Translations under genes and position numbers: made by a program | Part shown: in pieces, positions 47,453 to 59,051 of the stretch | Numbering within the stretch: the stretch's first letter is position 1 | Layout of the letters: every line of letters begins with the position of its first letter | The notes under the pieces: generated by a model | Databases searched by the model: none | Told to the model about the DNA's origin: nothing | Seen by the model: only the letters and a program-made list of their open reading frames with translations | Origin: Aquabacterium sp. | GTDB taxonomy: Bacteria; Pseudomonadota; Gammaproteobacteria; Burkholderiales; Burkholderiaceae_C | DNA: 64,000 nucleotides | NCBI RefSeq assembly: GCF_017994835.1 | Contig: NZ_JAGOKC010000001.1 | Strand: one strand, 5' to 3'

Positions 47453-47998
47453 TCAACGGTCCTTGATTTCAGCGCGGCGGTTTTGCGCCCAGACCGCCTC
47501 GCCCGAACCCTGCGCAGCGGCACGCTCTTCGCCAAAGCTCACTGCCTCGATCTGTTCGCCCGACACGCCCAGCAAGGTCAGTGACTTCTGCACCGCTTCG
47601 GCTCGCTTTTGGCCCAACGCCAGGTTGTACTCACGGCCGCCGCGTTCATCGGTATGGCCTTCAATGACCACCTTCTTGCCCTTGTCGGCACTCAAGCGTC
47701 GGGCATGGCCGTCAATGGTGCCGGTGAACTCAGGCTTGACCACAAAGCTGTCAAAGTCGAAATAAATCACCCGCACCAGACCGCCGACATCACCGGTGCT
47801 GCTTTGCTCGGGCACCACCACGGAGGCAACCTGGTTCGACGCGGCACCACTGCCATCCGCACCGGGGGTGAGGGTGGTGATCGGGGCTGCGCCATTGGAC
47901 GAGGCATCGTCATCGAGTTTGACCGACGAACCACAGCCCGTCAGGGCCAACACAGCGGCGCTCAGTGCTGACACAAAAAAGGTACGAGAGACGTTCAT
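47453..47998 (-). CDS. pal: Peptidoglycan-associated lipoprotein
   Basis: A lipobox (LALTGC) and an OmpA-like domain (IEGHTDERGGREYNLALGQKRAEAV...NRRAEI). Confidence 0.94.
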   Translation of the reverse strand: MNVSRTFFVSALSAAVLALTGCGSSVKLDDDASSNGAAPITTLTPGADGSGAASNQVASVVVPEQSSTGDVGGLVRVIYFDFDSFVVKPEFTGTIDGHARRLSADKGKKVVIEGHTDERGGREYNLALGQKRAEAVQKSLTLLGVSGEQIEAVSFGEERAAAQGSGEAVWAQNRRAEIKDR

Positions 47999-48052
47999 GA
48001 TGGGTTCTCCTGAAAAAAATGAGTGGAACTGCAGCGACATCAACAAGCGGGC

Positions 48053-49372
48053 TCAACGCCGCGCAGCATGCAGGAAGGGGCCCCAGACGGGTTCGCGCAC
48101 ATCGGCCTGGGAGGTGGCCAGACGCGCCTTGATGCGGCCGTCGAGCGAAGTGGTCATCAGCACATCGCGGCCTTGAGCACGGGTCGCGTAAATGATGGCT
48201 TTGCTGTTGGGCGCAAAGCTGGGACTCTCGTCATCGCGGGTTTCGGTCAAAGGTGTGACGTTGCCCGTGGCCAGCTCCATCAGATGCAGACGATAGCCGA
48301 CATCTACCTGGCTGACATAGGCCATGTAACGACCATCGGGGCTGATGGCCGGGCTGATGTTGTAGCTGCCCGCAAACGTGACACGGCTGGCTTGCCCACC
48401 CGCCACGGGGGTGCGGTAAATCTGGGGCGCACCACCACGATCGCTCACGAAATACAGGGTGTTGCCATCGGGGGACCAGGCCGCTTCGGTGTCAATGGCA
48501 GCGCTCTGCGTCACACGCTTGAGCCCCTGGCCATCGGCTCCGATCAGGTAAAGCTGCGAACCCCCGTCACGGCTGAGGGTCACGGCCAACTGGCGACCAT
48601 CAGGCGACCACGCGGGCGCACTGTTCGAGCCCTTGAAGCCGGCGACGACGCGGCGCCGTCCCGTGCTCACGTCCTGCACCACCACCACCGGCTTGCCCCC
48701 TTCGAAGGAGACGTAGGCCAGGCGCTGACCATCGGGCGACCAGGCAGGCGAGATGATGGGCTGGGAGATCGTCAAGGGGGCCTGCGCGCCCTCGCCGTCG
48801 GCATCGGCCACCACCAGGGTGTGCCGTGCCCCGGCCTTGCTCACGTAAGCGATGCGGGTCGAGAACACGCCCATGTCGCCCGTCAGGCGCTGGTAGATGT
48901 CATCGGCAATGCGGTGGGCGGCCTGGCGCAGATCGGCTGCGGGCACCACCATGCTGACGATGCCGCTGCCCTGCCCCTTGAGCACGTCCCACAGTTGGTA
49001 GCGCACGTCAAAGCGGCCATCGACCAGGGGCGTGGCCGAACCGGCCAGCAAGGCGTCCGCGCCTTTGCCACGCCAGTCCGGCAGTGGCGGGCGACTGCTA
49101 TCGTCCAGCCGGTCGGCGGTAGCGTCCAGAAGGCGGAACAGGCCGCTGCGCTCCAGGTCGGCCCTGATGATGCGCGAGACGGGCTGGGGCACCCGTCCTT
49201 CATCGCGGAAGGTGCCGATGGCGATGGGGATCTGGGTGGCCCCCACCCCGGCGATCTCGACACGGAACTGGGCCTGGGCCGCTCGCCACGGCCACAGGGC
49301 ACCGCCTGTGAGCAGCGCCACACCACCCAAGATGCGCTGAGCAGCAACACGGCGCGACGGGGATTGCGTCAT
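48053..49372 (-). CDS. tolB: Tol-Pal system beta-propeller protein TolB
   Basis: Repeated SPAWSPDG / SPDG propeller motifs. I chose ATG 49372. The ORF track starts at 49441. Confidence 0.92.
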   Translation of the reverse strand: MTQSPSRRVAAQRILGGVALLTGGALWPWRAAQAQFRVEIAGVGATQIPIAIGTFRDEGRVPQPVSRIIRADLERSGLFRLLDATADRLDDSSRPPLPDWRGKGADALLAGSATPLVDGRFDVRYQLWDVLKGQGSGIVSMVVPAADLRQAAHRIADDIYQRLTGDMGVFSTRIAYVSKAGARHTLVVADADGEGAQAPLTISQPIISPAWSPDGQRLAYVSFEGGKPVVVVQDVSTGRRRVVAGFKGSNSAPAWSPDGRQLAVTLSRDGGSQLYLIGADGQGLKRVTQSAAIDTEAAWSPDGNTLYFVSDRGGAPQIYRTPVAGGQASRVTFAGSYNISPAISPDGRYMAYVSQVDVGYRLHLMELATGNVTPLTETRDDESPSFAPNSKAIIYATRAQGRDVLMTTSLDGRIKARLATSQADVREPVWGPFLHAARR

Positions 49373-49437
49373 GGGTCGGTTACCTGACAGTGATGAAAAC
49401 ACAGGTCCATTGTGCCGCGTACCGGGGCGAAGTTCCC

Positions 49438-50940
<1,503 letters not shown>

Positions 50941-50949
50941 GCGCGCAAT

Positions 50950-51651
50950 TTACCGCATGCCACGCAATGCGGTGTTGTTCAGCACATGCCAGCCGGGTCT
51001 CTCCTCGCGCGCCACCGACAGCAAACCGGCCGCCACCTGGGTGGCATGAACCGGCTTGTAGCGCTCTGGCATCAGACAACCCAGCGCCAGGCCGAGTCGT
51101 TCACCCAACCGGAACTCACCGCGATCACCGGCCAGCAAGGAGGGACGGGCCACACACACGCTGTCATAGTTCAACGCGGACAAGGCGTCTTCCAACTCAC
51201 CTTTGATGCGGTTGTAGAACACGCGCGATGTCGCATCGGCCCCTAACGCACTGACCAGCAATAACTGGCGCGCCCCCTGAGCCAGGGCAAGCTGCGCGAT
51301 CTGAAAGGGATAGTCAAAATCAACCTGACGAAAGGCCGCTTGCGAGCCGGCTTTGCGACGCGTCGTACCCATCGCACAGCATACCCAGTCCACCTCAAAC
51401 AGGGCGGCACTGCGATCCAGCCGATCAAAATCGACCTCGCACACCTGCAGCCGCGCATCGCCCACCGGGTGCCCCGTGTGCCCCAACAAGTCCTGGCGTG
51501 ACAGCGTGCGACGCGTGAGCGCCCTCACCTCCCCCACCGTCGGATCGGCCATCAACTGGCGCAACAACTCGCGCCCCACCAAGCCCGTGGCACCCGCCAG
51601 CAGCACCCTTCGAGGGCACGAAGATGGTGCAAGGGTCGCAGACGTGACCAT
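50950..51651 (-). CDS. NAD(P)H-binding Rossmann-fold protein (atypical SDR)
   Basis: RVLLAGATGLVGRELLRQL glycine-rich motif in a 233-aa protein. Confidence 0.7.
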   Translation of the reverse strand: MVTSATLAPSSCPRRVLLAGATGLVGRELLRQLMADPTVGEVRALTRRTLSRQDLLGHTGHPVGDARLQVCEVDFDRLDRSAALFEVDWVCCAMGTTRRKAGSQAAFRQVDFDYPFQIAQLALAQGARQLLLVSALGADATSRVFYNRIKGELEDALSALNYDSVCVARPSLLAGDRGEFRLGERLGLALGCLMPERYKPVHATQVAAGLLSVAREERPGWHVLNNTALRGMR

Positions 51652-51677
51652 GCTTGACTCCCGTCAGGGCAAGAAGA

Positions 51678-52310
51678 CTAGAACACCCAGCCCAGCGGCT
51701 TGAGCAACTCCGCCGTTTCGAACAAGGGCAGGCCCATGATGCCACTGTAGCTGCCGTTGATGTGCTGCGTCCAGGCACCCGAGCGGCCCTGGATGGCGTA
51801 GGCCCCGGCCTTGCCCATGGGCTCGCCGCTGGCCACATAGCGCCGGATCTCGTCGTCGTCCAGCGTTCGCCACGTTACATGCGAGGTGCTCAGGCGCAGT
51901 TGCCCGTGCACCACCACCGCCGTCAACACGCGGTGCGTGCGACCCGACAGCAAGCTCAGCATGCGGGCCGCATCGGCATCGTCCATCGGTTTGGCCAGAA
52001 TCTGATCGCCCAAGGCCACCGTGGTGTCGGCGCACAGAATCGGTGCCTCGGCCCAGTCGTGACCCGCCTCGGCACGGCGGCGAACCAGACGCGCGCACGC
52101 GGCTTCCCACTTGGCGAAGGTCACGCGTTGCACATAGTCTTCCGGCGACTCGCCGGCACGCTCGGCCTCCAGCGCCTCGGCATCTTCACCATCATCTGGC
52201 AGAAGCAGGCGATGGTTCACGCCCAGCTGGTCCAGCAACTGGCGGCGACGCGGACTCTGCGAAGCCAGGTAGAGCCAAGGCAATGTGGCGTGGACAGGGA
52301 TCTCAGGCAC
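51678..52310 (-). CDS. maf: Maf-like nucleoside triphosphate pyrophosphatase
   Basis: [19 protein letters not shown]...[10 protein letters not shown] chose GTG 52310, which gives an 8-nt overlap with the rlmH stop. Confidence 0.85.
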   Translation of the reverse strand: MPEIPVHATLPWLYLASQSPRRRQLLDQLGVNHRLLLPDDGEDAEALEAERAGESPEDYVQRVTFAKWEAACARLVRRRAEAGHDWAEAPILCADTTVALGDQILAKPMDDADAARMLSLLSGRTHRVLTAVVVHGQLRLSTSHVTWRTLDDDEIRRYVASGEPMGKAGAYAIQGRSGAWTQHINGSYSGIMGLPLFETAELLKPLGWVF

Positions 52311-52770
52311 GGTGATAGGGATGGTTGTTGCGCAAGGACCAGGCACGGTACAGCTGCTCGAGCAGCAGCACGCGCGCGAGGGCATGCGGCAAGGTCATGT
52401 CCGACAGGCGAATGGCCTCGTCGGCGGTTTGCTTGAAGGCCGGGTCGATGCCGTCGGCCCCACCGATGATCAGCGCCACATCGCGGCCATCGTGCAGCCA
52501 CGCTTCGGTGCGCTCGGCCAGCTGCACGCTGGTCAGGCGCGAGCCGCGTTCATCGAGGATGACGCGGCGCACACCCCGGTCGATGGCCGCTTCCATGCGG
52601 GCCGCCTCGGCCTGCATGATGACGGCCACAGGCTTGCCCTCGCGGGGTTCGGCCTTGAGGGCCTTGACCTCCACCTTCCAGTCGGACGGGAAGCGCTTGA
52701 GGTAATCCTCGCACGCTTCGTTGGCCCAGTCAGGCAGGCGGTGGCCAATGGTGACCACCGTCAGCTTCAT
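52303..52770 (-). CDS. rlmH: 23S rRNA (pseudouridine1915-N3)-methyltransferase
   Basis: [27 protein letters not shown]...LIIGGADGI...[22 protein letters not shown]. Confidence 0.94.
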   Translation of the reverse strand: MKLTVVTIGHRLPDWANEACEDYLKRFPSDWKVEVKALKAEPREGKPVAVIMQAEAARMEAAIDRGVRRVILDERGSRLTSVQLAERTEAWLHDGRDVALIIGGADGIDPAFKQTADEAIRLSDMTLPHALARVLLLEQLYRAWSLRNNHPYHRA

Positions 52771-53609
52771 CAGCGTGCCGTCTTCTTGGCGGGTGCCTTC
52801 TTGGCCGCGACCTTCTTGGCAGCAACCTTCTTCACGGCCACCGTCTTGACGGCCGCTTTCTTGGCTGCCACCTTCTTGACAGCGACCTTGCGGGCCGGCG
52901 TCTTCTTCTCAGGCGCGTTGATGACCATCTTCTTCACGTTAGCCGCCGTCTTGGTGGCCGCTTTCTTGGCAGCCACCTTCTTCACGGCCACGGTCTTGCT
53001 GGCAACCTTTTTGGCGGCCACGGGCTTGGCCGATGCAGCCTTGCTGGTAGATGCCGTGCGGGTCGTGGTCTTGCTGACGACCTTCTTGGCGGCCACCTTC
53101 TTCGTCGCCACAGGCTTGGCGGCGACCGTCTTCTTGGCCGCAGCCTTCCTGACTGCCGGGGCGGTGGTCGCTGCCTTGCGCGCCGGCGTGGTCTTGCCCG
53201 CAGCCTTCTTGGGCTTGGCAGGAGCCTCCTCAACCGGCTCGGCCGCCTTTACCAGACCGGTCTTGGCCTTGGTCTTGATGGCGACCGGCTTGTCACCCCA
53301 GATCTCCTCGAGCTGGTAGTACTGACGGATGGCGGGTTGCATGACGTGCACCACGGCAGCGCCGCAGTCCACGATGATCCACTCACCGTTTTCTTCGCCT
53401 TCGACGCGGGGTACCGGGAAACCGGCATCCTTGACCGACGTGCGCACGCTGGTGGCCAGCGACTTGGTCTGACGGTTGGAAGAGCCCGTCGCGATGATCA
53501 CGCGCTCGAAGAGCGGTGACAGGTGTTCGGTGTTGAACACGGCGATGTCTTGGGCTTTGACATCTTCCAGGCCATCGACGATGGCGCTTTGCAGTTTACG
53601 GATGTCCAT
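52770..53609 (-). CDS. rsfS: Ribosome silencing factor RsfS with a C-terminal Lys/Ala-rich extension of about 170 aa
   Basis: Residues 1-105 form the RsfS core (DIAVFNTEHLSPLFERVIIATGSSNRQTKSLA...GEWIIVDCGAAVVHVM). Residues 107-279 are AKKVAAKK-type low complexity. Its TGATG junction overlaps the rlmH start. Confidence 0.9.
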   Translation of the reverse strand: MDIRKLQSAIVDGLEDVKAQDIAVFNTEHLSPLFERVIIATGSSNRQTKSLATSVRTSVKDAGFPVPRVEGEENGEWIIVDCGAAVVHVMQPAIRQYYQLEEIWGDKPVAIKTKAKTGLVKAAEPVEEAPAKPKKAAGKTTPARKAATTAPAVRKAAAKKTVAAKPVATKKVAAKKVVSKTTTRTASTSKAASAKPVAAKKVASKTVAVKKVAAKKAATKTAANVKKMVINAPEKKTPARKVAVKKVAAKKAAVKTVAVKKVAAKKVAAKKAPAKKTAR

Positions 53610-54258
53610 TCAGTGGGGTGCGCGCGGCGGCGTAGAGTTGATGGTTGGCAATATAGCGCGCGACTGGCAAGGACACCAGAGCGGGCGCGAGAGATAAAGG
53701 ATCATCACCGCGACCCAGACGTGTCCGGATTTCGGTAGATGAAACGTGCAAGGCGGGCAAAGGCAGGGTCACCACCCGGTGAGGATGGGCTGCCAGTTCG
53801 GGCGACGGTTGAGCTTGATCGTGGCCACGGCAGGCCACCGCCAGGGTGACGCGGGCCAGCAAGTGCGGCCAGTCACGCCAGGTCGTCAGGTTGGCGTACT
53901 GGTCCTGCCCCATGATCAAGAACCATTCGGCATCAGTGCCCTGGGCCTGCTGCAGTGCCTGCACCGTGTCCAGCGTGTACGACGGGCCGGGCCGCAGTAC
54001 CTCGATGGGATCAACCACAAAACGAGGTTCGTGCGCGGTGGCCGCCTGCACCATGGCGATGCGGTGTTCGCCCGCGACCAGGGTGCGTTGCTTCTGCCAC
54101 GCCTGCCCCACCGGAATCCAGCGTACCTCGTCGAGTTGCAGATGTGCCAAGGCGGTCTCGGCCAGCGCGACGTGTGCGACGTGAACGGGGTCGAAACTAC
54201 CGCCCATCAGGCCGATGCGGCGGCCCAGTGGAGGCGCAACAGGCGCAGGGGTCGTCAA
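53596..54258 (-). CDS. nadD: Nicotinate-nucleotide adenylyltransferase
   Basis: IGLMGGSFDPVHVAHVALAE...SSTEIR. Confidence 0.92.
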   Translation of the reverse strand: MTTPAPVAPPLGRRIGLMGGSFDPVHVAHVALAETALAHLQLDEVRWIPVGQAWQKQRTLVAGEHRIAMVQAATAHEPRFVVDPIEVLRPGPSYTLDTVQALQQAQGTDAEWFLIMGQDQYANLTTWRDWPHLLARVTLAVACRGHDQAQPSPELAAHPHRVVTLPLPALHVSSTEIRTRLGRGDDPLSLAPALVSLPVARYIANHQLYAAARTPLNGHP

Positions 54259-54262
54259 CGGA

Positions 54263-55183
54263 TCAGACCCAGTCCCGCGCGGGCAGGAAGTCGGTGTGCA
54301 GGGCCGCCTCGGGCGTACCCGGTTCGGGGTGCCAGTCGTAGCGCCACTTCACAATCGGCGGCATCGACATCAGGATGCTTTCCGTGCGGCCACCCGATTG
54401 CAGGCCGAACAGGGTGCCCCGGTCCCAGACGAGGTTGAACTCGACATAGCGACCCCGGCGGTAGGCCTGGAAATCACGCTCGCGCTCGCCATAGGGCGTG
54501 TCGCGGCGGCGCTGCAGGATGGGCAGATAGGCCTCGGTGAAGGCATCACCCACCGAGCGGATCATGGCGAAGCCGCCATCGAAACCCAACTCGGAAAAGT
54601 CGTCAAAGAAGATGCCGCCAATGCCGCGGGCCTCGTTGCGGTGCTTGAGGAAAAAGTACTCGTCGCACCAGGTCTTGAAGCGCGGGTACTTGTCGTCACC
54701 AAACGGGGCGAGCGCATCCTTGCACACCTGATGGAAATGCACGGCGTCTTCGGCAAAGCCGTAGCTGGGAGTGAGGTCCATGCCGCCACCGAACCACGCC
54801 ACCACGCTGCCATCGGGCTTGTGGGCGGCCAGCATGCGCACGTTCATGTGCACGGTGGGGGCGTAGGGGTTGCGCGGGTGGAACACCAGGGACACGCCCA
54901 TGGCCTCGAAGGGGCAACCGGCCAGCTCGGGCCGGTGCTGCGTGGCCGAAGGGGGCAGCTGCGGCCCCTTGACGTGCGAAAAGTTGCAGCCGCCGCGCTC
55001 CAGCACCTGACCTTCTTCGACCAGGCGCGAGCAGCCGTCGCCCTGCAGACGCTCACCGGGCGCACGTGTCCAGGCGTCCCGCACGAAGGGCGTGCCATCT
55101 TCGGTCTCGAAGGCCGCAATGATGCGGTCTTGCAGACCAAGCAGGTAGGTGCGAACGGCGTTGGTGTTCAGCGCGGTACTCAT
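54263..55183 (-). CDS. hemF: Oxygen-dependent coproporphyrinogen III oxidase
   Basis: A 306-aa protein with [11 protein letters not shown]-like [27 protein letters not shown] and GGGMDLTP. Confidence 0.95.
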   Translation of the reverse strand: MSTALNTNAVRTYLLGLQDRIIAAFETEDGTPFVRDAWTRAPGERLQGDGCSRLVEEGQVLERGGCNFSHVKGPQLPPSATQHRPELAGCPFEAMGVSLVFHPRNPYAPTVHMNVRMLAAHKPDGSVVAWFGGGMDLTPSYGFAEDAVHFHQVCKDALAPFGDDKYPRFKTWCDEYFFLKHRNEARGIGGIFFDDFSELGFDGGFAMIRSVGDAFTEAYLPILQRRRDTPYGERERDFQAYRRGRYVEFNLVWDRGTLFGLQSGGRTESILMSMPPIVKWRYDWHPEPGTPEAALHTDFLPARDWV

Positions 55184-55210
55184 GGGTGCAGACTGGAAGT
55201 TGATGCCTGC

Positions 55211-56497
55211 TCAGCGTGCCTTGATGGCGCGCCAGCCAATGTCGGCGCGGAACTGCATGCCGTCAAACTGAATGCCGCGCATGTGGTCGTAGGCCCGCTG
55301 CTGAGCTTGCTTGACCGAATCACCCAAAGCGGTCACGCACAAGACACGGCCACCGCTGGTGCGAACCTGACCGTCATCACCCATGGTGGTACCAGCGTGG
55401 AACACCATCGCGTCCTCGGCCTCGACGGGCAAGCCAGTGATGACGTCGCCCTTGCGCGGATTGAGCGGATAGTCAGCCGCAGCCAGCACCACCCCCAGGG
55501 CCACACGACGGTCCCACTCCAGTTCAATCTGATCGAGCGTGCCATCGGTGGCGTGCAGGAACACGTCGATCAGGTCGCTCTTGAGGCGCATCATGATCGG
55601 CTGGGTTTCAGGGTCGCCCATCCGGCAGTTGAACTCCAGCGTCTTGGGGTTGCCTTGCGCGTCGATCATCAGACCGGCGTACAGGAAACCCGTGAACGGG
55701 ACGCCGTCCTTGGCCATGCCTGCCAGCGTCGGCTGGATGATTTCATGCATGGCCTTGGCGTACACATTGGGCGTGACCACCGGCGCGGGCGAGTAGGCAC
55801 CCATGCCGCCCGTGTTGGGGCCTTCGTCGCCGTCAAGCAGACGCTTGTGGTCCTGGCTGGTGGCCAGCACCGACACGTTCTTGCCGTCAGACATGACGAT
55901 GAAGCTGGCCTCTTCACCGGCCAGAAACTCTTCGATCACCACGCGCGCGCCGCCCTCGTTGTGCTGGACGCCCAGCTTGTTGTCGAGCAGCATCCAGTCC
56001 ACGGCCTGGTGGGCCTCTTCCAGCGTCATGGCCACGACCACGCCCTTGCCTGCCGCCAGGCCGTCGGCCTTGATGACGATGGGTGCGCCGTGCTTGTCCA
56101 CATAGGCATGGGCCGCTTCGGTGTCGGTGAAGGTGTCGTAGAAGGCCGTGGGGATGCCGTGGCGCTTCATGAAGTCCTTGGCGAAGGCCTTGGAGCTTTC
56201 GAGTTGGGCCGCCTTCTGCGTGGGGCCAAAGATGCGCAGGCCACGTGCGCGGAACTCGTCCACGATGCCAGCAGCCAGAGGAGCCTCAGGCCCCACCACG
56301 GTCAGCACCACCTTGTTGGTTTGGGCAAATTCAACCAGCGCCTGCACATCGGTGAGGGGCACATTGAACAGCAGCGGATCGCGCGCGGTGCCGCCGTTGC
56401 CCGGGGCCACATAGACCTTGCCGGCCTTGGGTGACTGGGCCAGCTTCCAGGCCAGGGCGTGTTCACGGCCACCAGAGCCAATGACGAGGATGTTCAT
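55211..56497 (-). CDS. purD: Phosphoribosylamine-glycine ligase
   Basis: MNILVIGSGGREHALAWKLAQS...IVIKADGLAAGKGV... Confidence 0.96.
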   Translation of the reverse strand: MNILVIGSGGREHALAWKLAQSPKAGKVYVAPGNGGTARDPLLFNVPLTDVQALVEFAQTNKVVLTVVGPEAPLAAGIVDEFRARGLRIFGPTQKAAQLESSKAFAKDFMKRHGIPTAFYDTFTDTEAAHAYVDKHGAPIVIKADGLAAGKGVVVAMTLEEAHQAVDWMLLDNKLGVQHNEGGARVVIEEFLAGEEASFIVMSDGKNVSVLATSQDHKRLLDGDEGPNTGGMGAYSPAPVVTPNVYAKAMHEIIQPTLAGMAKDGVPFTGFLYAGLMIDAQGNPKTLEFNCRMGDPETQPIMMRLKSDLIDVFLHATDGTLDQIELEWDRRVALGVVLAAADYPLNPRKGDVITGLPVEAEDAMVFHAGTTMGDDGQVRTSGGRVLCVTALGDSVKQAQQRAYDHMRGIQFDGMQFRADIGWRAIKAR

Positions 56498-56521
56498 ACG
56501 GGGTCTGCTCTCTCAATTCAC

Positions 56522-57244
56522 TCAGTTCAATTCAGCGTTGTGATAGACCTCCTGGACATCGTCCAGGTCTTCCAGCACATCCAGCAACTTCTGCATGCGG
56601 GCGGCATCATCGCCAGCCAATTCAACGGTGTTCTCGGCGCGCATCGTGACCTCGGCCATTTCGGCCTGCAAGCCAGCGCCATCGAGCGCGGCCTTCACCG
56701 CCTCGAAATCGGGTGGCGCGCTCAGCACTTCAATGGAGCCGTCTTCATGCGTGATGACATCCTCGGCCCCGGCCTCCAGGGCCACTTCCATGACCTTGTC
56801 TTCACTCACACCTGGGGCAAACAGAAACTGGCCCACGTGCTTGAACTGAAAGGCCACCGAGCCTTCGGTGCCCATGTTGCCACCGTATTTGCTGAAAGCA
56901 TGACGCACATCGGCGACGGTGCGCACGCGGTTGTCGGTCATGCAATCCACGATGATGGCGGCCCCACCGATGCCGTAGCCTTCGTAGCGCACTTCTTCAT
57001 ACGTCACGCCATCGAGATTGCCCGTGGCCTTGTCCACGTTGCGCTTGATGTTGTCAGCCGGCATGTTGGCCGCCTTGGCCTTCTCGATGGCCAGGCGCAG
57101 GCGGGGGTTCATGTTGACGTCAGCCCCACCGGCGCGGGCGGCCACGATGATTTCACGGGTGATGCGGGTCCAGATCCTGCCGCGCTTGTCGTCCTGACGA
57201 CCCTTGCGATGCTGGATATTGGCCCATTTGGAATGGCCGGCCAT
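56522..57244 (-). CDS. YebC/PmpR family DNA-binding transcriptional regulator
   Basis: [32 protein letters not shown]... I chose ATG 57244. Confidence 0.93.
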   Translation of the reverse strand: MAGHSKWANIQHRKGRQDDKRGRIWTRITREIIVAARAGGADVNMNPRLRLAIEKAKAANMPADNIKRNVDKATGNLDGVTYEEVRYEGYGIGGAAIIVDCMTDNRVRTVADVRHAFSKYGGNMGTEGSVAFQFKHVGQFLFAPGVSEDKVMEVALEAGAEDVITHEDGSIEVLSAPPDFEAVKAALDGAGLQAEMAEVTMRAENTVELAGDDAARMQKLLDVLEDLDDVQEVYHNAELN

Positions 57245-57454
57245 GGCGTGTTGCTCCGGATGAGAATGTGCGATGTGAACGACAGAACGCGCCCCGGCAA
57301 GACACCGACGCGCGCGCAACTCAAGCCCCAGCGCAAGCTGGGCGATACTGCGATTTTACCTGCGAGCGGGCTTGACCCCGATCATGCGGTCCGATCGCCC
57401 TGACAACGCCGACCGCAGCCCGACCTTTTTTGACTGTTGTGGAGTTTCTGCACC

Positions 57455-59035
57455 ATGGCCGACCCCATCCTGATTGCCCGGAACAAAGACACCGAGTGCC
57501 ACCTGCTGCCCGCTTTGGCCAACCGCCACGGCCTGATCACCGGTGCCACGGGCACGGGCAAGACCATCACCCTGCAAGGCCTGGCCGAGGGTTTGTCGAA
57601 CCTGGGTGTGCCCGTATTCCTGGCGGACATCAAGGGCGACCTGACCGGCATCTCGCAGGTGGGCAGCATGTCGCCCAAGCTGGCCGCCATCCTGACCGAG
57701 CGCAGCATCGAGCCACCCGCACCGCAGTCCTGCCCCACCACGCTGTGGGACGTCTTTGGCGAGCAAGGCCACCCGGTGCGCGCCACCATCTCGGACATGG
57801 GACCGCTGCTCTTGGGTCGCATGCTCAACCTGAACGACACCCAGGCGGGCGTGCTGCAGCTGGTGTTCAAGGTGGCCGACGACAACGGCCTGCTGCTGCT
57901 CGACCTCAAAGACCTGCGCGCCATGCTGCAGCATGTGGGCGACAACGCCAGCCAGTTCACCACCAGCTACGGCAACATCAGCCCGGCGAGCATCGGTGCC
58001 ATCCAGCGCGGCCTGCTGCAAATTGAAGAGCAAGGCGGTGACCGCTTCTTTGGCGAGCCCATGCTCAACATCAGCGACTTCATGCAGACGGTCGATGGCA
58101 AGGGCGTGGTCAACATCCTGGCGGCCGACAAGCTGATGCACTCGCCGCGCCTGTACGCCACCTTCCTGCTGTGGATGCTGTCCGAGCTGTTCGAGACCCT
58201 GCCCGAGGTGGGTGACCTCGACAAACCCAAGCTGGTGTTCTTCTTCGACGAGGCCCACCTGCTGTTCAAGGACGCGCCCGCCGCCCTGGTCGAGCGCATC
58301 GAGCTGGTCGTGCGCCTGGTGCGCTCCAAGGGCGTGGGCGTGTACTTCGTGACCCAGAACCCGTTGGACATTCCGGACACGGTGCTGGGCCAGTTGGGCA
58401 ACCGCGTGCAGCACGCGCTGCGCGCCTTCACCCCGCGTGATCAGAAGGCCGTCAAATCGGCGGCCGACACGATGCGCGCCAATCCGGACCTGGACATCGC
58501 CACGGCCATCACGGAACTGGCCGTGGGCGAGGCCCTGATCAGCCTGCTGGACGAAAAGGGCCGCCCCGGCGTGACCCAGCGCGTGTACGTGGTGCCACCG
58601 GGCAGCCAGATCGGCCCGATCACCCCGGCGCAACGCCAGAGCCTGATCGTGCAATCGCTGGTGGCCGGTGTGTACGAGAAGACGGTGGACCGGGAATCGG
58701 CCCACGAGAAGCTCAAAGGCCGGGTGGGCGGGGCAACCGCCTCAACGCCCCCCTCTGCCACCACGGCACCACAGGAAAGCGACGAACGCAGCCTGCGCGA
58801 CGAGGCTCAGGATGCGGTGCGGTCGCCGCGCTCTGCCCCATCGGGTACCGGCCGCAGCGCCCCGGCCGAATCAGGCGGTGGCTGGCTGGGCGACCTGCTG
58901 CAAGGCAGCGGCCGAAAGGACTCGGTGCTGGAAACCGTGGCCAAATCAGCCGCACGCACCATTGGCTCGACGGTGGGACGCGAGATCATCCGTGGCGTTC
59001 TGGGCTCGCTGCTGGGTGGCAGTCGTCGGCGTTGA
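57455..59035 (+). CDS. DUF853 / HerA-like P-loop ATPase (YjgR family)
   Basis: [12 protein letters not shown]...[23 protein letters not shown]...[13 protein letters not shown], followed by a disordered Ser/Gly/Arg tail. Confidence 0.85.
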   Translation: MADPILIARNKDTECHLLPALANRHGLITGATGTGKTITLQGLAEGLSNLGVPVFLADIKGDLTGISQVGSMSPKLAAILTERSIEPPAPQSCPTTLWDVFGEQGHPVRATISDMGPLLLGRMLNLNDTQAGVLQLVFKVADDNGLLLLDLKDLRAMLQHVGDNASQFTTSYGNISPASIGAIQRGLLQIEEQGGDRFFGEPMLNISDFMQTVDGKGVVNILAADKLMHSPRLYATFLLWMLSELFETLPEVGDLDKPKLVFFFDEAHLLFKDAPAALVERIELVVRLVRSKGVGVYFVTQNPLDIPDTVLGQLGNRVQHALRAFTPRDQKAVKSAADTMRANPDLDIATAITELAVGEALISLLDEKGRPGVTQRVYVVPPGSQIGPITPAQRQSLIVQSLVAGVYEKTVDRESAHEKLKGRVGGATASTPPSATTAPQESDERSLRDEAQDAVRSPRSAPSGTGRSAPAESGGGWLGDLLQGSGRKDSVLETVAKSAARTIGSTVGREIIRGVLGSLLGGSRRR

Positions 59036-59051
59036 GTGGTCGCACGCTCCC

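Noticed and set aside
52285-53319. 344-aa plus-strand ORF full of FLAATFLAATFF repeats that resembles a polytopic membrane protein
   Set aside because: It is the reverse complement of the Lys/Ala-rich RsfS tail (AAG/GCC codons read backwards as CTT/GGC). It also overlaps rlmH and maf antisense.
54215-56434. 739-aa plus-strand ORF
   Set aside because: It is antisense to hemF and purD and crosses their intergenic gap. It is a shadow ORF.
57356-58705. 449-aa minus-strand ORF
   Set aside because: It is antisense to the DUF853/HerA-like ATPase, which carries Walker motifs. Its composition is shadow-like (G/A/Q/H/R/V-rich).
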